This document shows, one piece after another, positions 10,738-18,705 of a stretch of 64,000 bases of DNA. Numbering within the stretch: position 1 is the stretch's first letter; every line of letters begins with the position of its first letter. A program made the translations under genes and the position numbers. Under the pieces are notes generated by a model that saw only the letters and a list, made by a program, of their open reading frames with translations, was not told where the DNA came from and ran no database searches. The DNA comes from Bacteroidales bacterium M5 (GTDB lineage: Bacteria > Bacteroidota > Bacteroidia > Bacteroidales > Muribaculaceae): positions 3,183 through 67,182 of the forward strand of contig LUJP01000071.1 of assembly GCA_001689535.1 (NCBI GenBank), in the 5' to 3' direction.

Positions 10738-11241
10738 TCAGCGCCGATGGAGGGTAAGGAAGCGGTAGGAGGCGCCGGAGCGCGGGTCGGTGGCGGAGTC
10801 GGACTGCTCGGTGACGGCCCATTCCTCGCCTACGGGCGGGAAATGCACGTCGGCGTCCGGCACATCGGCGTCAATCGCCGTGAGTTCCAGCCTGGTTGCA
10901 AGCGGCATCGCCTGACGATAGATTTCGCCGCCGCCGATAATCATCACCTCCGGAGCGCCGTCGCACATCCTCAGAGCTTCTTCAAGCGATGCGGCCCGCT
11001 CGGCACCGTCGGCCGCAAAAGAAGAGTTGCGCGTCACCACTATGTTGCGCCGGCCGGGCAACGCGCCTCCGGGGAGCGACTCAAAGGTGCGCCGTCCCAT
11101 CACCAGCGGCTTACCCATGGTTATCTGCTTAAAGCGCCGCAGGTCGGCGCTGATGTGGAAAGGCATATCGCCCTTTATGCCTATGGCACCGTCGCGCGCC
11201 ACGGCTGCTATCACGGTCACTTCCATAACATGCGCGGTCAT
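10738..11241 (-). CDS. folA: Dihydrofolate reductase
   Basis: [32 protein letters not shown]. Confidence 0.96.
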   Translation of the reverse strand: MTAHVMEVTVIAAVARDGAIGIKGDMPFHISADLRRFKQITMGKPLVMGRRTFESLPGGALPGRRNIVVTRNSSFAADGAERAASLEEALRMCDGAPEVMIIGGGEIYRQAMPLATRLELTAIDADVPDADVHFPPVGEEWAVTEQSDSATDPRSGASYRFLTLHRR

Positions 11242-12032
11242 ACCGATACTTTGCCGGCGATGTGAGGCAGCGGATCATAATCCTCGAGCCTGAAATCGTC
11301 GTAGGTGAAACCGAATATATCCTTCACATCGGGGTTGAGCACCATCCGCGGCAATTTGCGGGGCTCACGACTGAGCTGTTCCTCCACCTGACTGAAATGG
11401 TTGCTGTAGATGTGGGCGTCGCCCAGCGTATGGATGAACTCACCGGGCTTCAGTCCCGTAACCTGCGCCACCATCATAAGCAGCAACGCATAGGAGGCGA
11501 TGTTGAACGGCACGCCGAGAAAACAATCGGCCGAACGCTGATAGAGCTGGAGGCTAAGCCGTCCGTCGGCCACATAGAACTGAAACAGAGCGTGACACGG
11601 AGGCAGCTTCATGTCCGGCAGGTCGGCTACGTTCCAGGCGCTCACTATTATACGGCGCGAATCGGGATTTTTCTTTATCGTCTCCACGGCCTCCGTTATC
11701 TGGTCGATGAATCCGCCGTTGTAATCGGGCCATGAGCGCCACTGATAGCCATACACGTGGCCCAGGTCACCGTTCTCGTCGGCCCATTCATTCCAGATTC
11801 TCACGCCATTGTCCTGAAGGTATTTCACATTAGTGTCGCCTTTCAGAAACCACAGAAGCTCATGGATTATGGATTTCAGATGCAGTTTCTTGGTGGTTAG
11901 CAACGGGAATCCTTCCGAAAGGTCGAAGCGCATCTGATAGCCGAACACCGAGCGGGTGCCCGTGCCGGTGCGGTCGTTTTTGTCTGTGCCCTCTTCCATT
12001 ATATGGCGGAGCAGCTGAAGATATTGTTTCAT
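11238..12032 (-). CDS. thyA: Thymidylate synthase
   Basis: [32 protein letters not shown]. Confidence 0.98.
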   Translation of the reverse strand: MKQYLQLLRHIMEEGTDKNDRTGTGTRSVFGYQMRFDLSEGFPLLTTKKLHLKSIIHELLWFLKGDTNVKYLQDNGVRIWNEWADENGDLGHVYGYQWRSWPDYNGGFIDQITEAVETIKKNPDSRRIIVSAWNVADLPDMKLPPCHALFQFYVADGRLSLQLYQRSADCFLGVPFNIASYALLLMMVAQVTGLKPGEFIHTLGDAHIYSNHFSQVEEQLSREPRKLPRMVLNPDVKDIFGFTYDDFRLEDYDPLPHIAGKVSV

Positions 12033-13003
12033 TTATCCTTGATTTTTTCGTTTTCGCAGGTGGGTTGCAACGGGTCGCTTAGTGTGGAGGCCGAAAGGCA
12101 GCCTTCCTTGTCGAGCGCCGGATCGGGACGCTTGGCCAGGCCGCTCACTCGCTGCATGAGCGGTGTCGACAGTCTGTGACGCCGCGTGGTATAGCGTATG
12201 GCGCGGTTGGGACAGATGTCCACACAGTCAAAGCAGTTCACACAGCGTGAGCCGTCCACCACATGGTCCGTGAGGTCTATGCACTGTCCTTTGCATACAT
12301 CCTCGCATTTACGGCAATTGATACACAGATCCGTGTCGATGTCCATCTGCAGAATCGAGAAACGGCCCACGAATCCCAGCATGGTACCGATGGGACAGAA
12401 TGTATTGCAGAGAGTGCGTCCGCCCGATGCCGCCGCTACCGACACGCCTATGAACAGCACGAACGCCAGCGCCGTCGAGGCGGCCGATGCCGTGAATATC
12501 TCTACCGTTTTCTCAGGCGCGATACCCATATAGCCTGCAGCCCATTCGAGAGAGCGGATAGCCGGCGAGCCTATGCCGCGACAGATATGACGATAGATCT
12601 GCGCGGGATCGAGAATCGACACTATGGCCGACATTCCCAGCACCGCCATAGCCACGGCAAGCGCCAGAAAAAACAGCCGGGTGAAATGACGCGGGGGGCT
12701 CCAGCGGTAATGCCGGTGTCCCTCCCGCGAAGTGCCGAAACCGGCCACTCGGGCCACAATGTCCTGGAGCGTGCCCAACGGGCAGACGCTCGAGCAGTAG
12801 ACGCGGCCGAACACGAGCGTGATTATCACCCACACCACGAAGCTGAAAACCGTGAGCGAAGCCACTGCCGTGCCTATCTGAGCCTTGAGCAGGAACGGCC
12901 CTATAACCGGCACCGTGAACGCCGACGACGACATCATGAGCGAAATTATCACCCATGCCACTATCGAGACCACTATTCGGGTTGTGCGTAATATTCTGTT
13001 CAT
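12029..13003 (-). CDS. Membrane 4Fe-4S binding protein (NapH/MauN-like)
   Basis: [24 protein letters not shown], two CxxCxxCxxxC ferredoxin motifs, TM helices; 4-bp overlap with thyA. Confidence 0.85.
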   Translation of the reverse strand: MNRILRTTRIVVSIVAWVIISLMMSSSAFTVPVIGPFLLKAQIGTAVASLTVFSFVVWVIITLVFGRVYCSSVCPLGTLQDIVARVAGFGTSREGHRHYRWSPPRHFTRLFFLALAVAMAVLGMSAIVSILDPAQIYRHICRGIGSPAIRSLEWAAGYMGIAPEKTVEIFTASAASTALAFVLFIGVSVAAASGGRTLCNTFCPIGTMLGFVGRFSILQMDIDTDLCINCRKCEDVCKGQCIDLTDHVVDGSRCVNCFDCVDICPNRAIRYTTRRHRLSTPLMQRVSGLAKRPDPALDKEGCLSASTLSDPLQPTCENEKIKDK

Positions 13004-13099
13004 GTCTCAGGCTGCTGTTACCGACTGCAAACTTAGCGAAAATTTGGCAGTTTCGGGGAAAAAGGATAATTTGCAGTCAAATTTTCAGCCAAAGGACAC

Positions 13100-14020
13100 A
13101 TGCCCGGTCAAAGAGCACCACGCAACCGCACACTGACTCTCGGCGAGGATGAGATTCCCTCGCTCGAGCCCCTGATATCTTCCGCCGACGATCTCCGCGC
13201 GGGTTATCACGACGATATGATTGTGAACGCCGACCTGTTCGGCTGCCTCGACCTGATTCCCGACGGTTATTTCAGCCTCATAATCATCGACCCGCCCTAC
13301 AACCTCTCGAAGGATTTCCACGGCCGGAAGTTCACCGCCATGAAGGATGATGATTACGAAAGCTATCTGCGCGGATGGCTGGGCCGCGTGGCCCGCAAAC
13401 TCGCGCCCGACGGCTCGCTCTACCTGTGCGGCGACTGGCGGTGCGGATCGGCTATGCAGCGTGTGCTTGAAGAACACCTCACGGTGATGAACCGCATCAC
13501 CTGGCAGCGCGAAAAAGGACGCGGAGCCGCCGCCAACTGGAAAAACTCTATGGAGGATATATGGTTTGCCGTGAAGAATCCTTCAGACTATTATTTCAAC
13601 CTCGAAGCCGTGAAAATCCGTCGCCGCGTCATTGCGCCATACCGTGTCGACGGTCGCCCGAAAGACTGGGAGGAATCTCCCGAGGGTAATTTCCGCGTCA
13701 CATGTCCGTCCAATCTATGGGACGACATCACTGTGCCCTTCTGGTCAATGCCCGAGAACACCGACCATCCCACCCAGAAGCCCGAAAAACTCTATGCCAA
13801 ACTCATTCTCGCCTCGTCGCGCCCCGGCGACCGCATTTTCGACCCCTTCATGGGCAGCGGCACAGCAGCTGTGGTGGCCCGCAAGCTCGGCCGCCGTTTC
13901 TGTGGCGTGGAAGTGAACCGCGACTACTGCCTATGGGCCGCCAAACGCCTCCTCCGTGCCGCCACCGACTCCACCATCCAAGGCTACGAAGATGGCCTCT
14001 TCCGCCCCCGCAACTCCTGA
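13100..14020 (+). CDS. Beta-class N6-adenine/N4-cytosine DNA methyltransferase (orphan)
   Basis: IDPPYN precedes HPTQKP and DPFMGSGT, the beta-class motif order. Confidence 0.9.
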   Translation: MPGQRAPRNRTLTLGEDEIPSLEPLISSADDLRAGYHDDMIVNADLFGCLDLIPDGYFSLIIIDPPYNLSKDFHGRKFTAMKDDDYESYLRGWLGRVARKLAPDGSLYLCGDWRCGSAMQRVLEEHLTVMNRITWQREKGRGAAANWKNSMEDIWFAVKNPSDYYFNLEAVKIRRRVIAPYRVDGRPKDWEESPEGNFRVTCPSNLWDDITVPFWSMPENTDHPTQKPEKLYAKLILASSRPGDRIFDPFMGSGTAAVVARKLGRRFCGVEVNRDYCLWAAKRLLRAATDSTIQGYEDGLFRPRNS

Positions 14021-14033
14021 TTCCTACCATTCG

Positions 14034-14111
14034 CGCACTGGGAGGATCGGCGTCCTCGCCGACCAAAATATTCAACTTCTCAGACCGACGGCCAGAGGCC
14101 GACGCTCCCAG
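14034..14111. repeat. 78-bp REP-like palindromic element, copy 1
   Basis: cgcactgggaggatcggcgtcctcgccgacc...cgacggccagaggccgacgctcccag; both arms recur at 17260-17337. Confidence 0.75.
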
Positions 14112-14125
14112 ACATCACATGTTCA

Positions 14126-14587
14126 TTATTTGCGGCGAGCGGCGAAGAAGGTCTTCATCAGGGCCGCGCATTCTTCTTCAAGCACTCCGGCGGTCACCGT
14201 GGCCCGCGGATGAAACGGGCGGAGAGTGAAGGCCGAGTAGCCCCGACGCGGGTCTGCAGCGCCGTAGACTATGCGCGGACACTGGCTCCATCCCAACGCT
14301 CCGGCGCACATCAGGCACGGTTCTACGGTAACGTAAAGCGTGCAGTCCGTAAGATATTTGCCGCCGAGGGTCTGCGCGGCGGCGGTAATGGCCTGGATTT
14401 CGGCGTGGGCGGTCACGTCGCTGAGGGTTTCGGTGAGATTGTGGCCACGCCCTATTATGCGCCCTTTGCACACTACCACGGCTCCCACGGGAACCTCGCC
14501 GGACTCTGCGGCATGCCTGGCCTCGTCGAGGGCAGCGCGCATGAAGCGCTCGTCGGATTCTCTGGCAGTTGTAGTTTCTTCATTCAT
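14126..14587 (-). CDS. tadA: tRNA adenosine deaminase
   Basis: EVPVGAV, AHAE, TLYVTVEPCLMCAGA. Confidence 0.9.
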   Translation of the reverse strand: MNEETTTARESDERFMRAALDEARHAAESGEVPVGAVVVCKGRIIGRGHNLTETLSDVTAHAEIQAITAAAQTLGGKYLTDCTLYVTVEPCLMCAGALGWSQCPRIVYGAADPRRGYSAFTLRPFHPRATVTAGVLEEECAALMKTFFAARRK

Positions 14588-15498
14588 AGCAGATCCAGTT
14601 TCATTCCTTCGGCGGCCGCAATCACTGAGGGGAATTCCTCGCGTGCCTGCGCGGCGAGAAGGTCGGTGGTGTCATATCGGTTGGAGTAATGCCCTATCAC
14701 AAGCTGCGACGCTCCGGCCATTGCCGCTATGCGTCCGGCCTCGCGGGCTGTGGAGTGGCCGCGCTCGCGGGCCTGTGAGGCAAGCGAGTCATCGTAAGTT
14801 GCTTCGTGATACAGCGTGTGGACGCCCTTCACGGCCTCGGCCACGCGGGCGTCAAACATGGTGTCGCTGCAATAGGCGTAGCTCACCGAGGGGTCGGCCG
14901 CGGTGGTGAGGCGCGAGTTTTCTATCACCGTACCGTCTTCCCTCACGAAATCGGCTCCGTATTTCAAGGCGTGGCGCGCGGCCACCGGCACACCGTAATG
15001 CTCGAGCATGGCGCCGATGAGGTGGCGCGGCTTGGGCTTCTCGGCAAAGAGGAAGCCGTAGGCGGGGATGCGGTGATAGAGCGGAAACGAGCTTATGGTC
15101 AGTGCGGGAGTGTCGATTATCACGCCTCCGCCGGCAGGCAGCGGCTCGAACACTATGTCGTAAGGGGCCTCGCGGCAGAAGTAGCCAGTGACGGAGCGCA
15201 TGAGCTCCAGCCCCGATGCTGGCAGATGGACGGTGACGCGCCCGGATTTCTCATGCAGCGCCAGGGTGGAGAGCAATCCCGGCAGACCCAACACATGGTC
15301 GCCGTGCATGTGCGATATGAATATATGGCTCAGACGACTGAATTTCAGGCTCATGGCGCGCATCATCTTCTGCGCGCCCTCGCCGCAGTCAATCATATAG
15401 AGGGTGTCGCGGAAGTCAACCACCTGCGCCGAGGGATTGTGACGCGGAGTGGGGGTTGCGGAGCCGCATCCGAGTATGTTGATTCTGAAACGTGCCAT
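14584..15498 (-). CDS. rnz: Ribonuclease Z
   Basis: LGCGSATP, DCGEG, SHMHGDH, YCSDT, HEATY, GHST, GHYS. Confidence 0.95.
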   Translation of the reverse strand: MARFRINILGCGSATPTPRHNPSAQVVDFRDTLYMIDCGEGAQKMMRAMSLKFSRLSHIFISHMHGDHVLGLPGLLSTLALHEKSGRVTVHLPASGLELMRSVTGYFCREAPYDIVFEPLPAGGGVIIDTPALTISSFPLYHRIPAYGFLFAEKPKPRHLIGAMLEHYGVPVAARHALKYGADFVREDGTVIENSRLTTAADPSVSYAYCSDTMFDARVAEAVKGVHTLYHEATYDDSLASQARERGHSTAREAGRIAAMAGASQLVIGHYSNRYDTTDLLAAQAREEFPSVIAAAEGMKLDLL

Positions 15499-15517
15499 GT
15501 ACGGGGTCTGTCGGGTG

Positions 15518-17092
15518 TCAGTTCTTGGAATTGTCGTCGCCGCCGGAGATAAACATTCCCTCGCGCGACAGCTGATGGTCGAGGTTGGCGATGCCGTAGG
15601 CCACTATGGCCGTCACCATGGCGGCATGCTGCTGATAGCGGGGATTCTCGCGGTTGAGGATGTCGTTTTCGGTATGCCAGATTTCGCCGTAGCTGAAGTT
15701 GGTGCCGTCAACGTCGGACAGGCGGAAATAGTATGTAGGCACTCCCTCCACGGCAAACACCGTGGCGTCGTTGCTGCCGAACTTCGTGGGACGTTTGCGC
15801 GGCTCGGCCACGGTCACCTCGAAGGGGAAGTCGGGGTTGATGCCCGCTATGGGCTCGCACACCTTCTTCATGTCATCGACCATGGCGGCGGAAACGGCTA
15901 TGCCCACGGGTGGCTCCGGACCGCCGTCGCGATTGAGTACCAGCGATATTTTGTCAAGCTCCTTTTTGTGTTTCTTGCAATAGGCCTGCGCTCCGAGCAG
16001 GCCGAATTCCTCGGCTGCGAAAGCTATGAAGCGTATGGTGCGCCGGGGCTTCGCTCCCGCGTATGCAAGCAGGCGTGCGGCCTCAAGCATCGGACCTATG
16101 CCCGTGCCGCAGTCGATGGCGCCGGTGCCAACGTCGTAGGCATCGAGATGACCGCTTATTATCACGTATTCGTCAGGCTTTTCCGTGCCCTTTATCTCGG
16201 CTATGATATTGTGGTATTTCACCGGCCCGAGACGGAAATGGTTGCGGATGTCAAACTCCAGCATTATGTCGCGGCGCTCGCGGGCGGCGCGTTCTATCAG
16301 GGCAAACTGATGCTCGTCGAGCTTTATTTCAGGCTGTGTAGGCAGATGGTCGAACGTGGTGGTGGTGTCGTTCACCAGCGGACGGTCGTAGAGAGCCCTT
16401 ATCGGTGTCTCCGCGGCCTGGATGAAGCCCAGCACTCCGGCGTCGCACATCTCGCGGTAGAACAGCGCCGGCTCCTCTTTCAGCGCTATCATGGCGCTAT
16501 CGGTGCCGTTGCGGTAGTTGTTCATCATCATGCGGCGATTGATTGCCGACACCGAGTCATTGTAGTGGCGCGCGGCCGCACGCAGAGAGTCGCCCTTGGC
16601 CGACTTGTTGATTGGGAAACCGTTGCTCTTCCCTTTCAGGAGCACCCAGGCCCCCTTGAGTTTGCCGTGCATGCGGTCAAATTCGGCTTTGCTGCCCGGC
16701 TCTATGAGCACGTGGCCCAGCTGACGGCCGTGCGTTCCCGAAGTGTAGGAGGGAGTGGCGAAATGAAGATGGTCCACGCCGTCAACGCCGTAGGCCCTTC
16801 CCTGCCAGTGGTCGCGGTTGAAGCCCACCGGCACCTGTCCGGCCTCTTCCTTGCGGGCCGGTATGCCCCAGCCGGCATATTTGTAAAGCATCCAGTCAGC
16901 GGCATCGTCAAACGCTGCCGATCCCACCAGGCGGCCGCCGAAACGGCCTGTAAGCACATCCAGATGGTCGCCCACCTGCGGATTCGCCGTTCCTTCGGCG
17001 ATAATCTTCTCCACTGTCCGGTCCTTGGCCTGCGCCATGCCGGCAACCGCAGCCGCCAGAGCCACGGCCGCGTACATCAAAATCTTATTCAT
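15518..17092 (-). CDS. Secreted M28-family peptidase (carboxypeptidase Q-like)
   Basis: Signal peptide, SGHLDAYD, GAIDCGTG, AAEEFGLLG, IWHT. Confidence 0.85.
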   Translation of the reverse strand: MNKILMYAAVALAAAVAGMAQAKDRTVEKIIAEGTANPQVGDHLDVLTGRFGGRLVGSAAFDDAADWMLYKYAGWGIPARKEEAGQVPVGFNRDHWQGRAYGVDGVDHLHFATPSYTSGTHGRQLGHVLIEPGSKAEFDRMHGKLKGAWVLLKGKSNGFPINKSAKGDSLRAAARHYNDSVSAINRRMMMNNYRNGTDSAMIALKEEPALFYREMCDAGVLGFIQAAETPIRALYDRPLVNDTTTTFDHLPTQPEIKLDEHQFALIERAARERRDIMLEFDIRNHFRLGPVKYHNIIAEIKGTEKPDEYVIISGHLDAYDVGTGAIDCGTGIGPMLEAARLLAYAGAKPRRTIRFIAFAAEEFGLLGAQAYCKKHKKELDKISLVLNRDGGPEPPVGIAVSAAMVDDMKKVCEPIAGINPDFPFEVTVAEPRKRPTKFGSNDATVFAVEGVPTYYFRLSDVDGTNFSYGEIWHTENDILNRENPRYQQHAAMVTAIVAYGIANLDHQLSREGMFISGGDDNSKN

Positions 17093-17207
17093 AAGCACTA
17101 TTTGTGACATTTCAGGCAAATTTACTCAATTTTCCCGAATTGCCCCCAATCTTCCGCCCCCGACTCCCGTAACGGCCAGCCATAAAGGTCCACACCGAAC
17201 CGGTCAA

Positions 17208-17337
17208 CGTCCCCGCACTGGGAAGGTCGGCGTCCCCGCACTGGGAAGGTCGGCGTCCCCGCACTGGGAAGGTCGGCGTCCCCGCCGACCCAAAAAAACA
17301 AATCCACCGATCGACGGCCAGAGGCCGACGCTCCCAG
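17208..17337. repeat. REP-like element copy 2 with its left arm tandemly triplicated (3 x 23 bp)
   Basis: cgtccccgcactgggaaggtcgg at 17208, 17231 and 17254. The right arm 17312-17337 is identical to 14086-14111. Confidence 0.85.
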
Positions 17338-17490
17338 TCCCCGACGCTCCACGCCCTCCCTCAAAAGCCATAGCGCGAGGCCAGAACAGCCACAAGCATC
17401 CACGGCACCAATAGCCACGGATCCCTTACCTGCATCAGCGCCACGCCTGCGGCAAGCGCCACAGCCACAGCAGCAGCCGCAGTGACTGCC

Positions 17491-18699
17491 TTATTTTCCC
17501 CTGCTACCGGCATATTTCTTCCACAGAGGCCGCGAGAGACCCCATATCATATAGCCTATCATGGCCAGAAACAGCAGTTGCATCACAATGTTGCGCAGCA
17601 GCGAGAATGGGGGCGTCATTCCGTTGCCCAGATAAATTATGAGCCTTTCGGCCTCGGCCGGGAACGACTGCGCGAAACTCCACAGAAACATCGGCAGGGC
17701 ATAGAAGAAATAGAAGCCCATAAACGCGTTTACGGCCACAGCATACACTCCCATCAGCCACTTGGCGCCCCTGCTGAGCCCCAGCAGATAGGGCCGGGTG
17801 CCCTCCGGCTTGCGGCGCAGGCGGCGCCACAGCCAGCCTATCAGCTCGCGCGAGCGCTGCCGCAGATTCGGCACCCCAAGCGCGTCCGACGCTATCCAGT
17901 AGCCGTCAAAGCGGAAAAACGGGTTGAGCGTCAGCACAAATCCCAGATTCATGGTCAGTATCAGATAGCGGGCAACGTCGTCAGAGGCGCCTCCGGCGTA
18001 ATACCACACAAGCAGCCCCGCCAGTATGAAGCACTGGAAATACACTCCGGCCAGGTTCACCACCAGCCGCTTCCTGCGCGGAAGGCGCCACACGCGGCTC
18101 ACGTCGGTGTAAAACACCGGAAACGTCAGATACATCCCGAAGCCGATTCCTCCGTGGGCCACACCCATCCGCTTGCAGGCCGCCGCGTGGCCCAGCTCGT
18201 GAAGCATCGACGAGGCACACATAAACACCATCAGTCCAGCCACGCCGTAGATACTCACACCACCGTCCACCCTCAGCAGATTGTCGGCCGTGAGCATGAA
18301 CCAGAGGTCGGCACCCAGCGCCAGCGTCACCGTCACCGCCATCACCCACGGGGTGAACATAACCGCCAGCGCGTCGCTCAGCCGGTCGATGGCCCGCGCC
18401 GGAAGCAGTTCGCGCTCATAGAGGAACTGCCGCGACTTTCCAGCCCCGCCGCCGGCCACTATGGGCCGGAGCCGTTGAGCCACGAAAGCCTCCACCTCGT
18501 CGGGCGAATATCGTCCCCCGCTGCGGGCCGCATAGTCGGCTATCGCTTCGGCCTCGTCGGCGTGGCTCTGCAGAGTGCGCAGCAGCTCCACCACCGTGGC
18601 GTTGGCCTCATAGTGCCTTCCGCCGTGGCTCAGCACATACCGCGCCCCCTTTGCCGAACTCTCAAGCTCGCTGACCTCTATGTCTGTGTATGCCGCCAT
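17491..18699 (-). CDS. M50 (site-2) intramembrane metalloprotease with a putative N-terminal PqqD/RRE-like domain; probable RiPP leader peptidase
   Basis: HELGH, NLAG and LNPFFRFDGY motifs in a multi-TM protein; soluble N-terminus of about 85 aa with a strands-then-helices pattern. Confidence 0.8.
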   Translation of the reverse strand: MAAYTDIEVSELESSAKGARYVLSHGGRHYEANATVVELLRTLQSHADEAEAIADYAARSGGRYSPDEVEAFVAQRLRPIVAGGGAGKSRQFLYERELLPARAIDRLSDALAVMFTPWVMAVTVTLALGADLWFMLTADNLLRVDGGVSIYGVAGLMVFMCASSMLHELGHAAACKRMGVAHGGIGFGMYLTFPVFYTDVSRVWRLPRRKRLVVNLAGVYFQCFILAGLLVWYYAGGASDDVARYLILTMNLGFVLTLNPFFRFDGYWIASDALGVPNLRQRSRELIGWLWRRLRRKPEGTRPYLLGLSRGAKWLMGVYAVAVNAFMGFYFFYALPMFLWSFAQSFPAEAERLIIYLGNGMTPPFSLLRNIVMQLLFLAMIGYMIWGLSRPLWKKYAGSRGK

Positions 18700-18705
18700 C
18701 GTTGT

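Noticed and set aside
17208..17290. Possible CRISPR array (three 23-bp repeats)
   Set aside because: The units are directly adjacent with no spacers and no cas genes are present; it is a tandem expansion of a REP-like arm.
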